A DNA stretch of 64,000 nt from Dehalococcoidia bacterium (lineage in GTDB: Bacteria > Chloroflexota > Dehalococcoidia > UBA2979), in NCBI GenBank assembly GCA_965219085.1, contig OZ244720.1, positions 192,001 to 256,000 of the forward strand, given 5' to 3'. Positions 1 to 9,997 of this stretch are shown in pieces; the stretch's first letter is position 1; each line of letters opens with the position of its first letter. Below the pieces are notes generated by a model, which saw only the letters and a program-made list of their open reading frames with translations, had not been told where the DNA came from and searched no databases. The translations under genes and the position numbers were made by a program.

Positions 1-182
1 ACCCCCGCAAGAGAGGGGTTCTCGTCTTCGGTGACGAAGACCCACAGCGCGATGCCGAGGATGATCGACAGCGCCAGGAGCGGCAGCGTGCGCCGGACCG
101 TGGTGATGGTGCGGCCCCAGAGCGCTGTGATGAGGTCGAGCGTGTTGCCCGCCGGGTTCCCCCCGAGCCTCGAGCCGGACAT
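1..182 (-). CDS. CdaR/YbbR-like diadenylate cyclase regulator, N-terminal part (runs off window edge)
   Basis: ATG overlaps cdaA stop (TGATG); translation MSGSRLGG...LPLLALSIILGIALWVFVTEDENP matches the YbbR N-terminal membrane anchor; cdaA-cdaR order is conserved. Confidence 0.7.
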   Translation of the reverse strand, partial: MSGSRLGGNPAGNTLDLITALWGRTITTVRRTLPLLALSIILGIALWVFVTEDENPSLAG

Positions 183-1027
183 CAGGGTGCCTGCCGCCCG
201 GCGCGTGCCTCGCCGCCGGCGGTAACGGTGCCCGGCTCGCTGTCACGCAGTCCATCGCCGAACGCGAACATGCGCCGCAACCGCGCGCGGACCTGGCCCT
301 CGTCGAGGTTCGGTCGCATGCGCCCCTGGGCGGCGAGCCCCATTGAGCCGCGCTCCTCGGAGACGACGATCACGACCGCGTCGGTGCCCTCGGTGATGCC
401 CACCGCCGCGCGGTGGCGCATGCCCAGGTCGGCCTGCAGGGGCGAGTCGGTCAGCGGCAGCGTGCAGCCGGCCGCGACGATCTGGTCGCCGCGCACGATC
501 ACGGCGCCGTCGTGGAGTGGCGTGTTCGGCATGAAGATGCTGCCGAGCAGTTCCGCCGAGAGCCCCGCATTCAGCTCGATGCCCGTGTCGATGACCTCCT
601 GCAGCCCCGTCTCGCGCTCAAACACGACGAGCGCGCCATACCGCTGGCGCGCGAGCCTGGTCGCCGCGCGCACGGCCACGTCAATGGTCTGTTCGTGGTC
701 CTGGCGGACGAGGGCGAGCTGCCAGCCCGTCCGCCCCAGACGGTCGAGCACGCGCCGGATCTCCGGCTGGAAGACCACGATCACGCCGATGACGAGACCC
801 GTGACCATGTTCTCGAGCATCCAGTTCACGACCTGCAGGTCGAAGGAGCGCGCCAGCAGGAATGCGCCAACGAGGAGCAACGACACGCCTCGCAGGACGG
901 TCCACGCGGTGGTTCCGCGGAGCAGCAACAGCAGCCAGTAGATCGCGAGCGAGATCAGCAGGATGTCGAGCACCGCAACGGCGTCGATGCGTTCGAAGAC
1001 ATCCCGCGCCACGTCCGGCAACTGCAC
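182..1027 (-). CDS. cdaA: Diadenylate cyclase CdaA (DacA)
   Basis: Three N-terminal TM helices, FQPEIRR, PLHDGAVI and GMRHRAAVGITE DAC motifs. Confidence 0.95.
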   Translation of the reverse strand: MQLPDVARDVFERIDAVAVLDILLISLAIYWLLLLLRGTTAWTVLRGVSLLLVGAFLLARSFDLQVVNWMLENMVTGLVIGVIVVFQPEIRRVLDRLGRTGWQLALVRQDHEQTIDVAVRAATRLARQRYGALVVFERETGLQEVIDTGIELNAGLSAELLGSIFMPNTPLHDGAVIVRGDQIVAAGCTLPLTDSPLQADLGMRHRAAVGITEGTDAVVIVVSEERGSMGLAAQGRMRPNLDEGQVRARLRRMFAFGDGLRDSEPGTVTAGGEARAGRQAP

Positions 1028-1090
1028 CGGAACCCGCCTTTCCGGCTGAGCGCCGGCGGCGCCGGACGTCAGCCGCCTGGTTCGTTCACC

Positions 1091-1996
1091 CTAGCCGAGC
1101 AGGCTCCGGAGCACCGCCTGCGCCGTGTGCAGCCGGTTCTCTGCCTGGTCGAACACGACCGACCGGTGCGACTCGATCACCTCGTCGGTGATCTCCTCGC
1201 CGCGGTGGGCCGGCAGATCATGCATCACGAGCGCGTCGGATGGGGCCGACGCCAGCAGCGCGGCGTCGAGGCGGAACGGCCCGAAGGCCGCGAGGCGGCT
1301 CTCCAGCATGTGCTCGTCGCCCATCGACGCCCACACGTCGGTGTAGACGGCCGAGGCATCGCGCAGCGCCTCGTGCGGGTCGTCGGTCTGCGTCACCGAG
1401 CCCGGCCCCGCGGCCCCGCGAGCCGCATCGAGGTCACCCTCACTCAGCCCGTACCCGGACGGCGAGGCGCAGCGGAAGTCGATGCCCGCGAGCACCGATG
1501 CGATCGCCAGCGCGCGCGCGACGTTGTTGCCTTCGCCGAGGTAGGCGAGGCGCAAGCCGTGCAGCGAGCCGAAGCGCTCGCGCAGCGTCAGCAGGTCGGC
1601 GAGCGCCTGGCAGGGGTGCTCCACGTCGCTGAGCGCGTTGACGACGGGAACCTCGGACCACTCGGCGAAGTCGTCGACGGTCTCGTGCGCGAAGGTGCGC
1701 ACGGCGATGCCGTGCGCCATGCGCGAGAGCACGCGCGCGATGTCGCGTACGGGCTCGCGCGTGCCGGCGCCCACCTCCTGCGGCCCGAGGTAGACCGCGC
1801 GCCCGCCGAGGCGGTGCATGGCGACCTCGAACGCGAGGCGCGTGCGCAGCGAGGGCTTCTCGAACACCAGCGCGAGCACCTGCCCGGCCAGCTCGGGCCC
1901 GCACCCGTCGCGCTTGATCGCGAGCGCGGAGTCGAGGAGTTCGCCGAGCTCGTCGGGCGACAGGTCAAGCATCGATCGGAAGTGACGAGGCGGCAC
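1091..1996 (-). CDS. argF: Ornithine carbamoyltransferase
   Basis: FEKPSLRTR, HPCQALAD, YTDVWASMG, HDLPAHRGEE, QAENRLH motifs. Confidence 0.95.
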   Translation of the reverse strand: MPPRHFRSMLDLSPDELGELLDSALAIKRDGCGPELAGQVLALVFEKPSLRTRLAFEVAMHRLGGRAVYLGPQEVGAGTREPVRDIARVLSRMAHGIAVRTFAHETVDDFAEWSEVPVVNALSDVEHPCQALADLLTLRERFGSLHGLRLAYLGEGNNVARALAIASVLAGIDFRCASPSGYGLSEGDLDAARGAAGPGSVTQTDDPHEALRDASAVYTDVWASMGDEHMLESRLAAFGPFRLDAALLASAPSDALVMHDLPAHRGEEITDEVIESHRSVVFDQAENRLHTAQAVLRSLLG

Positions 1997-2093
1997 GGCT
2001 GGGGTCTCCGCTGCTTTGTGGATTACTGGATGTGCTGCGGGGCAGCATGTTCAGTATAGCCGCCCTGGAACCCGCGTCGCCCGCGGTTATGTA

Positions 2094-2759
2094 TCACATC
2101 AAAACCACACGATAGCGGGCCAACAGCTCTTCGATGTAGATCCGACCGGAACCCGGCGCGAGGTTCCGCTCTCCAAGTCGCAACGGCAGCCCATCTGCGG
2201 CCTCCTCGAGGCTCCCTTCGCGGCAGCGGTCACCGAATAGCACGAATGCAAAGCCCTCTGGTTCGCGGCGCGAGCGCCACGTGAGACCTTGACCCCACGG
2301 TGCCCACCCACGAATCGCTGTGGCCCAGCGTCGCGTCATCTCATACTGATCCGCGGAGGCGGTCGTGAGCCAAGGGTCCTGGCCGACGGCGGCGAGATCC
2401 GCGCCCGAACGGAGGCTGACCAACTGGAGTTCGTGGCTCGTCCTGAGCCAGCCGATCCGCAGTCCGTGAAGGCGTGTTGTCAGCAGCGCCCGCACCCCCC
2501 GATCGTCACTCTGGATGTCACGAAGTAGCGCCTCGGAGACGGCCGTCGCATCGTCACTCGCCGCGTAGAGGAACGTGTACTCGTCTTCAGGTGTCCCATC
2601 GAAGCGTCCGCCCTGGATCGCGTCCTCGGCCACGGTCGGGTTGAAGTCAGTGACTTCGAACTCCGCGCTGTGGAGCCGCGTAAGCACCCTCCCCGCCGGG
2701 AGTCGGAAGAGGCTCGGCGTCCCCTCGTATCGGGTAGGCGGAAACTGGCTCGGCGGCAC
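2094..2759 (-). CDS. RES-domain toxin (NAD+-targeting family)
   Basis: LTRLH, GGRFD, FLYAA..AVSEALL, GLTWRSR: the conserved R, E, S residues are present. Confidence 0.85.
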   Translation of the reverse strand: MPPSQFPPTRYEGTPSLFRLPAGRVLTRLHSAEFEVTDFNPTVAEDAIQGGRFDGTPEDEYTFLYAASDDATAVSEALLRDIQSDDRGVRALLTTRLHGLRIGWLRTSHELQLVSLRSGADLAAVGQDPWLTTASADQYEMTRRWATAIRGWAPWGQGLTWRSRREPEGFAFVLFGDRCREGSLEEAADGLPLRLGERNLAPGSGRIYIEELLARYRVVLM

Positions 2760-3476
2760 CTATCCGATAGGCTCCAGCGCTGCGGCGGCAGCCTTGAGCA
2801 GGTCGTCCGCACGGTCGGTGCCTACGAGGTCGGCGGGGCGGGCACCCAGCCGGGCGTGCGTGGAAATCCACCACGAGGCAACGCCCCACGGATCGCCGGC
2901 AGCGTCGAGCCGCTCGTTCACCGCCCTCACCTCGGGGAACACGTCGCGGCGCTCGGCGTCGAACTGGAATGCCGGGTAGAGGTAGCCTCCACCGGAGGGG
3001 AGACCGACCAGCCACGAGCGTTCGCGATGACGGCGGACCTTCTCCCGGTTCGACTTGCGCGCTCCGAGCGCGACCGCCGCGGCAGCGGGCGTCAGCATGG
3101 GCTCCTGCCAGATGGTCCGCATCACTTCGCCGCGAAGACGCGCCTGCTCGACCATGGACTGCTCGAGGTCATCGAGGATCCGAGCGGGTGCGCCGGCGAC
3201 GGCGCGAGTCATCTCGCTACGCCGAGCGAGCAGTCCCAGCCAACTTCTGAGTTCATCCTCCTCGCCAACCAGCGCTTCGTAACGGGCCGCGAGCGTGGCC
3301 GCAGCGTCGAGGGGCTCGGAGGCCTTGAATTGCCAGCCAACGATGAAACGCCGCAGCAGCCGCGTACCGCCGCCCGCATGGCGGAACGCAAGTACAAGAA
3401 GCGCCTCCTCAAGGTCTTCTTCACTGAACTCGCGGCTCAGGGCCTTGATGTGTTCATCGAGTGTTGGATTCGCCAC
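2760..3476 (-). CDS. Putative antitoxin of the RES toxin (HTH plus Xre/MbcA/ParS-like C-terminus)
   Basis: YLYPAFQFD and W..S....LG.RPADL motifs; directly upstream of and abutting the RES gene. Confidence 0.75.
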   Translation of the reverse strand: MANPTLDEHIKALSREFSEEDLEEALLVLAFRHAGGGTRLLRRFIVGWQFKASEPLDAAATLAARYEALVGEEDELRSWLGLLARRSEMTRAVAGAPARILDDLEQSMVEQARLRGEVMRTIWQEPMLTPAAAAVALGARKSNREKVRRHRERSWLVGLPSGGGYLYPAFQFDAERRDVFPEVRAVNERLDAAGDPWGVASWWISTHARLGARPADLVGTDRADDLLKAAAAALEPIG

Positions 3477-3489
3477 GTGAACTCCCGAT

Positions 3490-3536
3490 GTGACGCTGTC
3501 CGATGTATTATACGAGCGTCACGATCGTCACAGCAA
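3490..3536 (-). promoter_or_regulatory. Sigma70 promoter of the TA operon with inverted-repeat operator
   Basis: Minus strand TTGCTG-18 nt-TATAAT (TATAAT at 3507-3512); GTGACGCT (3490-3497) and AGCGTCAC (3515-3522) flank the -10. Confidence 0.7.
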
Positions 3537-3541
3537 AGAGT

Positions 3542-4855
3542 CTACTTCGCCGCCACTCCCTCTACCACCGGCTCCACCCACCCCGCCACCTCCAACAACG
3601 CCTGGTCCCCCCCATGCCGCCCCACCAGCTGCGCGGCCAGCGGCAGCCCCGACGCGTCGAGGCCGGCGGGGACGGCGAGGCAGGGGAGGCGGAGCAGCGT
3701 CCAGCTGCGGTTGAACAGCGGGTCGCCGGTCGAGTCGAGGCGCTCCGGGGCGACGCCGCCGGTGGCCGGGGTCAGGAACGCGTCGAAGTCCGCGAAGAGC
3801 TCCGAGACCAGCGCGCGGCATTGCAAGGCGACCGCCTCGGCGGCGGCGCGCTCCGGCGGGGTCAGCGCGTGGCCCTGCTCGATGAGGCTGCGGATGTGGT
3901 CGCCCATGCGGTCGCGGTGCTCGGCGTACTCGGGGGCGAGGGCGCTCGCCGCGCCGGCGGCGATCACCGCCTCCCACGCCGTGCCGAGGTCGTTGCACTC
4001 CTCGGGCCACTCGACCTCGGCCACGCGGCATCCGGCGTTCGCGAGGGCGTCGGCGACGCCGTCGATGGCGCCTCGTACATCCGGCGTGGCGCGCTCCCAG
4101 TCGGCGGTGCGGACGATGCCGATGCCCGGGGGCCCGGCGAGCGGCCGCAGCTCGGCGTCGATCAGCGGATGCAGCACCGAGCCGAGCAACGCGAGGTCCT
4201 CGACGTTGCGGGCGAACCAGCCCGCGGTATCGAGCGCCATCGCGAGCGGGCGGACGCCGTCGATGTTCACGAAGCCGAACGTCGGCTTGAAACCGTAGAC
4301 GCCGCAGTAGGCAGCCGGACGGATCGTCGAGCCGCCCGTCTGCGAGCCCATGGCGAGCGGGACGTGGTAGTCACCGACGCCGGCGGCCGATCCGCTCGAG
4401 GAGCCGCCGGGGCTGCGCGCGAGGTCGTACGGGTTCCGCGTCGGGCCGGGCGTGAGGTAGGCGAACTCGGTCGTCACGGTCTTGCCGGGCACGATCGCGC
4501 CCGCCGCGCGCAGCGCCGCCACCGGCGCGGAGTCGAACGCCGGGCGATGCCCCTCGTAGAGCACCGAGCCGTACGCGGTGGGCAGGTCGGCGGTGTCGTA
4601 GATGTCCTTGATGCCGACGGGGATGCCGTGCAGCCGGCCCCTCGGCGGCTCCGCGTCGCGGGCGCGGGCCTCGGCGAGCGCGGCTTCGGCGTCGAGGTGC
4701 ACCCACGCGCGCACCTCGGGGTCGCGCTCGGCGATGCGTTCGAGGCAGGCCGCGACCAGCGCCTCCGAGGTGAGCGTGCCCGCTGAGATGCGCCGAGCCG
4801 CCTCGGCGGCGCCGAGGGCGGCGGGGCTGTCGGGTGCGCCCGGTTCGTTGCTCAC
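3542..4855 (-). CDS. Amidase signature family protein
   Basis: GIPVGIKD, PGGSSSGSAA, GSQTGGSTIRPAAYCG; start placed at GTG 4855 (the longer track ORF overlaps the divergent gene). Confidence 0.9.
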   Translation of the reverse strand: MSNEPGAPDSPAALGAAEAARRISAGTLTSEALVAACLERIAERDPEVRAWVHLDAEAALAEARARDAEPPRGRLHGIPVGIKDIYDTADLPTAYGSVLYEGHRPAFDSAPVAALRAAGAIVPGKTVTTEFAYLTPGPTRNPYDLARSPGGSSSGSAAGVGDYHVPLAMGSQTGGSTIRPAAYCGVYGFKPTFGFVNIDGVRPLAMALDTAGWFARNVEDLALLGSVLHPLIDAELRPLAGPPGIGIVRTADWERATPDVRGAIDGVADALANAGCRVAEVEWPEECNDLGTAWEAVIAAGAASALAPEYAEHRDRMGDHIRSLIEQGHALTPPERAAAEAVALQCRALVSELFADFDAFLTPATGGVAPERLDSTGDPLFNRSWTLLRLPCLAVPAGLDASGLPLAAQLVGRHGGDQALLEVAGWVEPVVEGVAAK

Positions 4856-4997
4856 GGTGGCTCCGTCCGTTGCTTGCACAGGTCGGGGGAAGGATAGCCG
4901 TCGAGGCCCGGCGACGGGCGCTATGCTAGGGGTGCGTGGGTGTCGGCCGTCGGCGCCTGCGCGAGCCCGGCGCATGCCGGGTAGAGGGAGGCGCCCC

Positions 4998-5300
4998 ATG
5001 CCCGCCCGCCGCATCCCGCGCCCGTTCAACCTGCTCTGGGGCAGCGGCAAGATCATCGAGGAAGCCGCGATCGAGGGTGGCCTGCACGCCCCGTCGATCC
5101 AGCTCATGCGCTACGAGAAGGGCGAGAAGAAGGGCCAGATGGCCATCCGCTTCGCCGCCTACGGCGTGCAGAGCGACCTCGAACGCCGCCCGCTCATCAT
5201 CAACGAGCGCGAACTGCGCCCGCTCAAACGCGAAATAGACCGCTCCCCCCGCCTCAAGGCCCTGCTGCGCAAGCTCGTCGAAGAGGAGGACGACGCGTAA
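4998..5300 (+). CDS. Hypothetical protein (100 aa)
   Basis: RBS GGGAGG upstream of ATG; typical GC3 codon bias; MPARRIPRPFNLLWGSGKIIEEA... Confidence 0.75.
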   Translation: MPARRIPRPFNLLWGSGKIIEEAAIEGGLHAPSIQLMRYEKGEKKGQMAIRFAAYGVQSDLERRPLIINERELRPLKREIDRSPRLKALLRKLVEEEDDA

Positions 5301-5318
5301 CGCAGCCCTGACGACGGC

Positions 5319-5867
5319 ATGCCGCGCATCCCGCTGCGGGCGCTTCGCCCGAGCCGGGCGACCACGCTCCGAATCGCCCTCGGCGCGGCGGCTGCGCTTG
5401 CGCTCGCCATCCTCGTGCTCCGCGCCGACGAGAACCCCGGCATCGAGGTACTCCGACTCGAACCGCCGCCCGGCGTCGACGAGATCCGCGTCGAGGTCGC
5501 CGGCGCGGTCGCGCAACCCGGCGTCGTCACCGTCCGCCCCGGTGACCGCGTCGCCGACGCGATCGCGCTCGCGGGCGGCCTCGATCCCGACGCAGACCCG
5601 GCCGCGCTGAACCTCGCGCTGCGGCTGCGCGACGAGGATCGCGTGGCCGTGCCGCGCCTCGGCGAGCGGTCTCCGCTGCTCGACATCAACACCGCGACGG
5701 CCGAGGAGCTCGACGAACTGCCGGGCATCGGGCCCGTCTACTCGGCGGCGATCGTCGAGGCGCGCGAGCGGGGCGGCCCCTTCGCCACCACCGACGCGCT
5801 CGTCGAGCGCGAGGTGATCCCCGAGCACGTCTACGCGCGCATCCGCCAGCTGATCACGGCGCGTTGA
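5319..5867 (+). CDS. comEA: Competence DNA-binding protein ComEA
   Basis: TM anchor, SLBB domain (VAGAVAQPGV), HhH motif INTATAEELDELPGIGP. Confidence 0.9.
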   Translation: MPRIPLRALRPSRATTLRIALGAAAALALAILVLRADENPGIEVLRLEPPPGVDEIRVEVAGAVAQPGVVTVRPGDRVADAIALAGGLDPDADPAALNLALRLRDEDRVAVPRLGERSPLLDINTATAEELDELPGIGPVYSAAIVEARERGGPFATTDALVEREVIPEHVYARIRQLITAR

Positions 5868-8173
5868 TGGAACGCGCGAGGGCCGAGACGCGCGCGCTGC
5901 TGCCCGCGCTGCCGCTGGTGGCAGCGAGCTTCATCGCGGGGACGGTGGGCGGTGCGCTGCTCGGCGGGCCATGGTGGGCGACGGCCCTCGTCGCCGTGCT
6001 CGCAGCGCTCGTCGCCGCCGCTGTGGCAGGACGGCGCGCCCTCGGCGCGCCGCTGCTGCTGCTCGTCGCCATCGTGGCCGTCGCCGCTGCCGGGCACGCG
6101 CGCGTCGAGGAAGCCGAGTCGCGCCCGCCGCCCCCGCTCGCGAGCCTCGTCGGCATGCACGACGTCGTCGGCGTCGTGCGCTCGGACCCGCGGCTGTCCG
6201 GCACGCTCGCCCGCCTCGACCTGCGCGTCGAGACCATCGACGGCGTCGAGCGCGGCGGCGGGCTGCGGTTGACAATGCCCGCGCCGCGCGAGCCGCTGCG
6301 CGAGGGCGACCGCATCGCGGTGGCCGCGGAGATCGAGCGCGCGCCCCGGTTCGATGACTTCGACTACGCGGCGTTCCTGCGCTCGCGCGGCATCCACGCC
6401 GTCGCCGCCTTCCCCGAGCGGTGGGAGCTGCTCGAACGCGACGCCGGCAACGACATCGCCGACGCGCTGCGCCGTCTGCGCGGCTGGGCGCTCGACAACG
6501 TCGAGCGCGCGCTGCCGGAGCCGGAGGCATCGCTGGCGGCGGGGATGCTGCTGGGTCGCCAGCGCACGATGCCCGCCGGCCTCGAGGAGGACCTGCGGCG
6601 CACGGGCACCACGCACCTGCTCGTCGTGTCCGGGCAGAACGTCGCGCTGCTGCTCGGCACCGCCGTGGCGCTGCTGACGGTCGTGATGTCGAGGCGTCGC
6701 GCGGCGCTGCTTGCCCTCGCACTGCTGCCGGGGTACATCGTGCTCGTCGGGGCCGAGCCGCCGGTGGTGCGGGCGGCGATCATGGCCGTGGGCATCGCCC
6801 TCGCGGCGGTGACGGGGCGGCGCACCCCGGGCTGGATCTACCTCGCGTACGCCCTCGCGATCATGCTCGCGCTCGAGCCGCTGCTCGTGCGCGACGTGGC
6901 GTTCCAGCTGAGCGCCACGGCGACGGCCGGCGTGATGCTGATCGCACCGCCGCTGCGCGACTGGGCCGCCGGCCGCCTCCGCCTGGCGAGCGAGGGCGCG
7001 ACCTCGGCGGTCGTCGAGGCGGGCGCGATCGCCCTCGGGGCGGCGCTCGCGGTGCTGCCGGTGCAGGCCGCGAGCTTCGGCACGGTCTCGCTCGTGCAGG
7101 TGCCCGCGAACGTGATCGTGGCGCCGATCTACGAGGCGACCCTGCTCGTCGCCGTCGCGGCCGCACTGCTCGGCTGGCTCGAGCCTGCGTCAGCGTTCCT
7201 GCACCTCGCCGGCGTGTACGCGCCGGCGGCGTTCGTAGCCGCCGTCGGCGTGCTGGCTGAGCTTCCCGCCGCAGTCGTCGAGGTACGCGCGCCGCTCGCC
7301 GTCGGGGCGACGTGGTACGCCGCGCTGGCGGCAGCCGCATGGGCCCTCGGACGCCGCGAGCCGGCGCAGATCCAGCCGGGCGGCGCACGTTCCGGCTTCG
7401 CCGGCGCGGTCGCGCTCCGCCTGGCAGTCGCCGGGCTATGGGTCGCCGTGCTCACGCCGAGCGACGACCTCGCGAGCGTGACGGTGCTCGATGTGGGGCA
7501 GGGCCAGGCCGTGCTCGTGCGCGACGGCGGTGCGGCGGTGCTGATCGACGCCGGCCCACCCGACGGCGCCGTACTGCGCGCGCTCGCACGCGTGACGGAC
7601 GCCAGGAGCCTCGATGCCGTCGTGCTCAGCCACGACGACGCCGACCACGCGGGCGGGCTGCGCGAACTGGAGCGCCGCCTGCGCGTCGGCGTGGTGCTCG
7701 GCGACGGGATCGCGGGAACCGCGCCGCTCGACATCGGCGACCGCATCCGCCTCACCGAACGCACCTCGATCGAGGTGCTCTCGCCGCCCGTGGTGACGGC
7801 GGGGCGCGCGCACCGCAGCGACAACAATCGCTCGCTGGTGCTGCTCGTGCGTATCGGCGAGGTGCGCGTGCTCGTCCCGGCCGACATCGAGGCGCCCGCC
7901 GAGGAGTGGCTCGTCGGCAGCGGGCTGAGCCTGCGTGCCGACGCGCTGGTGCTGCCGCACCACGGCTCGAAGAGCTCCTCGTCGCCGGCGTTCATCGAGG
8001 CGGTGCGGCCAGGTGTCGCGATCGCATCGGCTGGCGCGGGCAACCGTCACGGCCACCCGCACCCCGATGTGCTCGCTCGCTACGAGGACGTACTGTTGTT
8101 CCGCACCGACGAGCACGGCGACGTGACGCTGCGCTCCGACGGGGTGCGCTTGTGGGTGCGGAGCGCGCGCTGA
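5867..8173 (+). CDS. comEC: DNA uptake channel ComEC/Rec2
   Basis: [13 protein letters not shown] competence motif, LDVGQG, SHDDADH metallo-beta-lactamase fold, PHHGS, GHPH. Confidence 0.92.
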   Translation: MERARAETRALLPALPLVAASFIAGTVGGALLGGPWWATALVAVLAALVAAAVAGRRALGAPLLLLVAIVAVAAAGHARVEEAESRPPPPLASLVGMHDVVGVVRSDPRLSGTLARLDLRVETIDGVERGGGLRLTMPAPREPLREGDRIAVAAEIERAPRFDDFDYAAFLRSRGIHAVAAFPERWELLERDAGNDIADALRRLRGWALDNVERALPEPEASLAAGMLLGRQRTMPAGLEEDLRRTGTTHLLVVSGQNVALLLGTAVALLTVVMSRRRAALLALALLPGYIVLVGAEPPVVRAAIMAVGIALAAVTGRRTPGWIYLAYALAIMLALEPLLVRDVAFQLSATATAGVMLIAPPLRDWAAGRLRLASEGATSAVVEAGAIALGAALAVLPVQAASFGTVSLVQVPANVIVAPIYEATLLVAVAAALLGWLEPASAFLHLAGVYAPAAFVAAVGVLAELPAAVVEVRAPLAVGATWYAALAAAAWALGRREPAQIQPGGARSGFAGAVALRLAVAGLWVAVLTPSDDLASVTVLDVGQGQAVLVRDGGAAVLIDAGPPDGAVLRALARVTDARSLDAVVLSHDDADHAGGLRELERRLRVGVVLGDGIAGTAPLDIGDRIRLTERTSIEVLSPPVVTAGRAHRSDNNRSLVLLVRIGEVRVLVPADIEAPAEEWLVGSGLSLRADALVLPHHGSKSSSSPAFIEAVRPGVAIASAGAGNRHGHPHPDVLARYEDVLLFRTDEHGDVTLRSDGVRLWVRSAR

Positions 8174-8208
8174 CCTCGTGCTACGGTGATCTGCGGCAGG
8201 GAGGCGCG

Positions 8209-8949
8209 ATGGTTGCACGAGCGCGCGGGCGCGGGATGAACGAGTTGCGGCCGGTCGAGATCGAGGCCGGGACGCTGCGACACGCGGAAGGATCGGCGCT
8301 GATCAGCGCCGGCGACACGCAGGTGCTCTGCGCCGCCAGCGTCGAGGTGGGCGTGCCGCGCTTCCTGCGCGGCACCGGCTCGGGCTGGGTCACTGCCGAG
8401 TACGGCATGCTCCCACGTGCAACCCACACGCGCTCGAACCGCGAGGCCCGGCAGGGCCGCCAGAGCGGCCGCTCGCAGGAGATCCAGCGCCTCATCGGGC
8501 GCTCGCTGCGTGCTGCCATGAACCTCGACGCGCTGGGCGAGCAGACCATCACCGTCGACTGCGACGTGATCCAGGCCGACGGGGGCACGCGCACCGCAGC
8601 TGTCACCGGCGGCTGGGTCGCGCTCGCGATGGCGATCGACTGGCTACAGCGCGGCGGCGCGCTCGCGACCGACCCGCTGCGCACACAGGTCGCCGCGATC
8701 TCGGTCGGCATCAGCGGCGGCGAGGCCCTGCTCGACCTCGACTACACCGAGGACTCGCAGGCCGAGGCCGACTTCAACGTCGTGCAGCTCGGCACCGGCC
8801 AGCTCGTCGAGGTGCAGGGCACGGCCGAGCGCGCCCCCTACTCGCGTCGCGACCTCGATCGCGTGCTGAGCCTCGCCGAGGCGGGCATCCGGCAGCTCAT
8901 CGAGATCCAGCGCGAGGCGATCGGCGAGTGGCGGTCGAGCCAAGCCTAG
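8209..8949 (+). CDS. rph: Ribonuclease PH
   Basis: [42 protein letters not shown]; RBS GGAGG. Confidence 0.95.
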   Translation: MVARARGRGMNELRPVEIEAGTLRHAEGSALISAGDTQVLCAASVEVGVPRFLRGTGSGWVTAEYGMLPRATHTRSNREARQGRQSGRSQEIQRLIGRSLRAAMNLDALGEQTITVDCDVIQADGGTRTAAVTGGWVALAMAIDWLQRGGALATDPLRTQVAAISVGISGGEALLDLDYTEDSQAEADFNVVQLGTGQLVEVQGTAERAPYSRRDLDRVLSLAEAGIRQLIEIQREAIGEWRSSQA

Positions 8950-9012
8950 CAAGCTGCGGCGGCCCCCGGCTCCTCGCTACGATGCCGCCATGAACAGGCT
9001 GACGATGAGTCG

Positions 9013-9540
9013 ATGAACTGGATTGACCTGGCGATCATTCTGATCGTGGCCGGCGCCGGCTACTGGGGATACGTCAACGGGTTCGTGAAGCTGGCGGAGC
9101 CCTCGATCTTCATCGTCGTGGGCGTGGCCATGGCGAGCCACTTCGTCGCTCCATTCGCGAGTGCGGTCATCGCGATCCTGCAGGACCTGGAGGACGGCAG
9201 AGAACCGATCGACGCGATTACCGCACACTCGGCCGGGATCGAGAGGGTCGTTCTCGCCGTCATCGCAGTGGGAGCGCTGTACTTCATCGGCAGATCATTG
9301 CTATCGCGCGTTCCCTACCCCGAGGGGACGAACGAACGGCTGGGGTTGGTATTGGGCGTGCTGAGCGGCGTGCTGCTGCTCTCGGTCATCTTCGGGTTGC
9401 AGGCATACCCGGGCGAATATCGTCCGAGGGTTGAGGGATCCCCGCTGGCGGGGCTGCTGGCCGACAATTTCGAGGCGGTGATTCGCGGAGTGATCGTCCC
9501 CGAGCGCTGGGCTGGGGAGTTGTCGCAACTCCAGCAGTAG
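9013..9540 (+). CDS. CvpA (colicin V production) family membrane protein
   Basis: MNWIDLAIILI..GYWGYVNGF start and four TM segments. Confidence 0.7.
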   Translation: MNWIDLAIILIVAGAGYWGYVNGFVKLAEPSIFIVVGVAMASHFVAPFASAVIAILQDLEDGREPIDAITAHSAGIERVVLAVIAVGALYFIGRSLLSRVPYPEGTNERLGLVLGVLSGVLLLSVIFGLQAYPGEYRPRVEGSPLAGLLADNFEAVIRGVIVPERWAGELSQLQQ

Positions 9541-9551
9541 CCCGCGGCGCC

Positions 9552-9911
9552 CTACCAGCCCTTCGGGTTCACGTAGTCGCCGAGGAACGTGCCACCGAGG
9601 ATGTGGATGTGGGCGTGCTCCTGGGACTGCTTCGCGTCCCAACCCAGGTTCGAGGCGAGCCGGTAGCCATTGGGGCAGTGCGCGCGACCGACCTCCGAGG
9701 CGATACGCCCGAGTTTGCCGAGCAGTTCGCCTTCCCACAGGTCGGCCTGGGTCATGTGCTGCTTCGGGCTCGCGAGCAGCATGATCGGGACCCAGCGCAG
9801 CTGGTTGCGGAAGACGATGAAGTTGTCGTCCTCGTAACGGATGTCCGCCGGCGAGCGCTTGGTGATGATCTCGCAGAAAATGCAGTAGCGCTGCTGATCC
9901 ATCGCGGCCAT
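9552..9911 (-). CDS. HIT family nucleotide hydrolase
   Basis: CIFCEII N-terminus and HAHIHILGG histidine triad; start may instead be ATG 9902. Confidence 0.9.
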   Translation of the reverse strand: MAAMDQQRYCIFCEIITKRSPADIRYEDDNFIVFRNQLRWVPIMLLASPKQHMTQADLWEGELLGKLGRIASEVGRAHCPNGYRLASNLGWDAKQSQEHAHIHILGGTFLGDYVNPKGW

Positions 9912-9997
9912 GCGCGCCTTCCCTTGCTCGCGGCCCCGGCGCCGCTGTCGCAGCCTAAACGCACGCCGCCGCAAGCGGCTAGCCGAGGAGCACTCCC

